This document shows, one piece after another, positions 61,418 through 64,000 of a stretch of DNA of 64,000 nt. The stretch comes from a virus. The stretch is from positions 1-64,000 of the IMG/VR virus record IMGVR_UViG_3300030107_000800; one strand, given 5' to 3'. Position 1 is the first letter of the stretch. The number at the start of each line of letters is the position of its first letter. A program made the position numbers and the translations under genes. The notes beneath the pieces are model-generated. The model had not been told where the DNA came from and made no database searches. It saw nothing but the letters and a program-made list of their open reading frames with translations.

Positions 61418-64000
61418 TTATAACTCCATTAGCCACCATCCGCGTAGTGCAGGTGGTATTGTTCTTGAATTTGCAGATCCCTCAATGTCAACCGTACCAG
61501 CAAATACTAGTCCGAATGATGCATTGCGTGTCTGAATAACCAATTCACCTGAATCCCATGCTGTTGCTAGAGACTGACCATTTCCTGCATCTAACTTAGA
61601 TCCAGTTGAATCACCCTGAATAGCAGTGGCAATACCACTAATCTTCTTCGCTCTAATGATTAGACTTGTGTTATATGTTAAGTTTCCACTTAATTCAACG
61701 AATCTAATCATATCACCTGTTTGTGGATTATCTGGTAGATATAGAACTATGTTACTTCCAGAAGATGAGTTAACAAGATAGTTATTATTAACCTGTAGTG
61801 GATTATCTATCTGCTGTCCTACACCAGTAGCAGTATCGAATGCGACATATGTATGTCTTCTACCACCATTTCCTGTCCAGTATTTCTCAATACCAAATGA
61901 ATCAATAGCGTTGTTCTGATAGATTCTAAAGTCCTTAGCACCTTCAGTACCACCAACTCCAGCAGATCCAAGGTTATCAATGTGGAACATTGTCTTGGAT
62001 GCAGTCTCAGTCTCGTAGACCTTACCTGCTTGATAGTACTCTTCACCTAAGAATACATTACCTTCTCTATTAGTAACTTTAAATGTTGTTACATCAGAGC
62101 AGAGACCAAATGCCTGACAGTTCTCATAGTTGATCTTAAGATCACCACCAAGTTGAGCTCCACCATGTAATGTTAGTCCAGAAGTTGATGTCTTCGCATC
62201 AGCAAGTGATCCGTCTCCAGAGTGGCCATCGTCATTAGCGATAGACATAACCAGAGTCTGACCATCAGAACCATACATTCTGAGGTTACCACTGTATATC
62301 TCAACGTCATCGTGAACAGTTAGTTTACCACCACCATATAGATCAACTAAAGGAGTACCAATAGTATTTGGATTTCTAATTTGCTTAGGAGTCTTAACAG
62401 CGAAGCTAATATCATTAGAACCATCAACACTATCAGGTATGAACCACTCAGTTCCAATTCTGACGTATGTTATATAATCAAGTTTAGGAGCAATTAGATC
62501 AGCATCACGTAATGTAATCTCAAGTCTGATATCACTTGTGTTAGGTGTTCTAGCCTTAAGTGCAGTTGCTCTATCACCCTGTGTTGCAGGTACATCATGT
62601 AATAATGTAGTAGTTCTATCATACTTGTCTAACTTAACAACATTAGCACCTATCGAGAATGCTTGTGCTGCTGTTCCTTCTAATCCTCTACCTCCAGATG
62701 GATACTGAGCATTAGTAGCTGTTGGAAGTATTAGTTCTCCACCACCACCTGTGTAAGGATCATCAGTAATCTGAATAACCTCGATTGCAGCACCAGCACC
62801 ACTTACATAGATTGCAACCAAGTCACCTTTCTGGAATGCAGTTAGGTTACCTTGAATCTCAATGTTAGATGTGGCAGTTACAATATTGTCCGCAGTAGTA
62901 GATGAAGGACCACCTGATATAGTAGACTGAGCATTATGTCTATAAACATATACTACATCATTATCTTTACTGTATCCAGCAGGAGATGAACCGAACTGTT
63001 CAGAAAGCATGAATACTGTTCCATGCTGATTACCAACATCTGTATTACCTGTGCAAGTATCAACCTTGAATATATCAACAGTCTGATTATTAGTAATCTT
63101 AAGTTTTCTGTTGGTATCTGCATCAATGTATGGTGTTGTGCATGTTCCTGTTAGGTTCAATGAACCACCAATATTTGCATCACCACCAGTTACTAATGTA
63201 CCATCAGTAGAATCAACAGAGAATACTGACTCTTCTTGTGCAGTATCACAACCATTCTTAATATAGAAACTCTTAGCTACCTGTGATAGGAGAGTTTCAA
63301 CCTTGAATAGTTCACCTTGATCATCAACACCATCAGCAGGGACAGTAGTATCTTCACGATCAATGATTACATAATCACCAAGATCTATATCTCCACCAAA
63401 CTGTGATAGATATACATCTTCTGATACTCCACCAGAATCAATTGCACTAGTAATCCATGTAGCATCATACTGAACATTACACTTATAGATTGGAGTTGTA
63501 TCAGGATGATCTGATCTTGTTGTTGTCCATGTACCAAATGGTAGTCTCTCAACTACAATATAGAATGGAGCAGTACTAATCCTTGGTAGTGAAACGATCT
63601 TAACAAATTCAGGATGTAATGTACCACCTGAATCATCTGTATCAATCAATAGAATATCATTCTCATTGAAATACTGATTACCACCAGCATCTTCTGGCTT
63701 ATTCTTAATAGGTAGATAGTATTGATTACCAGTTAGAGCAGGTAAAGTCTGAGGTTCAATTACTGGTACTCCACCAACATTAGGAATCTCTTGCTGGAAT
63801 GTTGCTCCACCCCATGCACCACTACCAGATGTATCAACTTGGTTGTAAGTATCAATCAGAGTATTGTTTGAAGTCACTCTTAGAACATCAACCAAATCAA
63901 CGTTGCTGTTGAATAGATTGTTACCAAGTACTCCACTAGCATGAGCAAATGCAGTTGATCCTGCCTGTGCTCTCTTAGCACTGAATGAGTAAGAAGCAAA
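61418..64000 (-). CDS. C-terminal >860 aa of a giant virion structural protein, 5' end beyond the window; gp9/gp10-like C-terminal module
   Basis: The frame stays open from 63895 to 64000. Contains YLVNSSSG...LYLPDNPQTGDMIRFV...GWWLMEL. Confidence 0.82.
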   Translation of the reverse strand, partial: FASYSFSAKRAQAGSTAFAHASGVLGNNLFNSNVDLVDVLRVTSNNTLIDTYNQVDTSGSGAWGGATFQQEIPNVGGVPVIEPQTLPALTGNQYYLPIKNKPEDAGGNQYFNENDILLIDTDDSGGTLHPEFVKIVSLPRISTAPFYIVVERLPFGTWTTTRSDHPDTTPIYKCNVQYDATWITSAIDSGGVSEDVYLSQFGGDIDLGDYVIIDREDTTVPADGVDDQGELFKVETLLSQVAKSFYIKNGCDTAQEESVFSVDSTDGTLVTGGDANIGGSLNLTGTCTTPYIDADTNRKLKITNNQTVDIFKVDTCTGNTDVGNQHGTVFMLSEQFGSSPAGYSKDNDVVYVYRHNAQSTISGGPSSTTADNIVTATSNIEIQGNLTAFQKGDLVAIYVSGAGAAIEVIQITDDPYTGGGGELILPTATNAQYPSGGRGLEGTAAQAFSIGANVVKLDKYDRTTTLLHDVPATQGDRATALKARTPNTSDIRLEITLRDADLIAPKLDYITYVRIGTEWFIPDSVDGSNDISFAVKTPKQIRNPNTIGTPLVDLYGGGKLTVHDDVEIYSGNLRMYGSDGQTLVMSIANDDGHSGDGSLADAKTSTSGLTLHGGAQLGGDLKINYENCQAFGLCSDVTTFKVTNREGNVFLGEEYYQAGKVYETETASKTMFHIDNLGSAGVGGTEGAKDFRIYQNNAIDSFGIEKYWTGNGGRRHTYVAFDTATGVGQQIDNPLQVNNNYLVNSSSGSNIVLYLPDNPQTGDMIRFVELSGNLTYNTSLIIRAKKISGIATAIQGDSTGSKLDAGNGQSLATAWDSGELVIQTRNASFGLVFAGTVDIEGSANSRTIPPALRGWWLMEL

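Overview
64 kb of an AT-rich T4-like marine cyanomyophage genome, probably infecting Prochlorococcus or Synechococcus. Almost all genes are on the minus strand. (1) 1-37.9 kb is a late virion module: a giant repeat-containing structural protein truncated at the left edge, a fibre, a VrlC/DUF4815-like protein, baseplate gp8, gp7-like, gp6, gp25 and PAAR, with T4-type late promoters. A small sigma70-driven operon encoding a basic peptide and a minimal SET-domain protein sits inside it. (2) 38-53 kb is an early/accessory region of about 55 tiny ORFs, many below the 60-aa cut-off of the ORF track, plus the auxiliary genes pyrE and ho1. (3) 53-64 kb holds a tail assembly chaperone, three tail-collar fibre genes and the C-terminal part of another giant structural protein truncated at the right edge. 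The most interesting signals are non-coding and lie in the early region. An oriC-like locus at 42.2-42.8 kb carries inverted pairs of cyanobacterial DnaA boxes (TTTTCCACA), an AT-rich tract and divergent promoters. Eleven early promoters share a 22-bp palindrome in two precisely spaced architectures, and the architecture switches at that locus. Three promoter-proximal structured RNAs are also present. All protein family calls are motif recognition by eye; no database searches were run.
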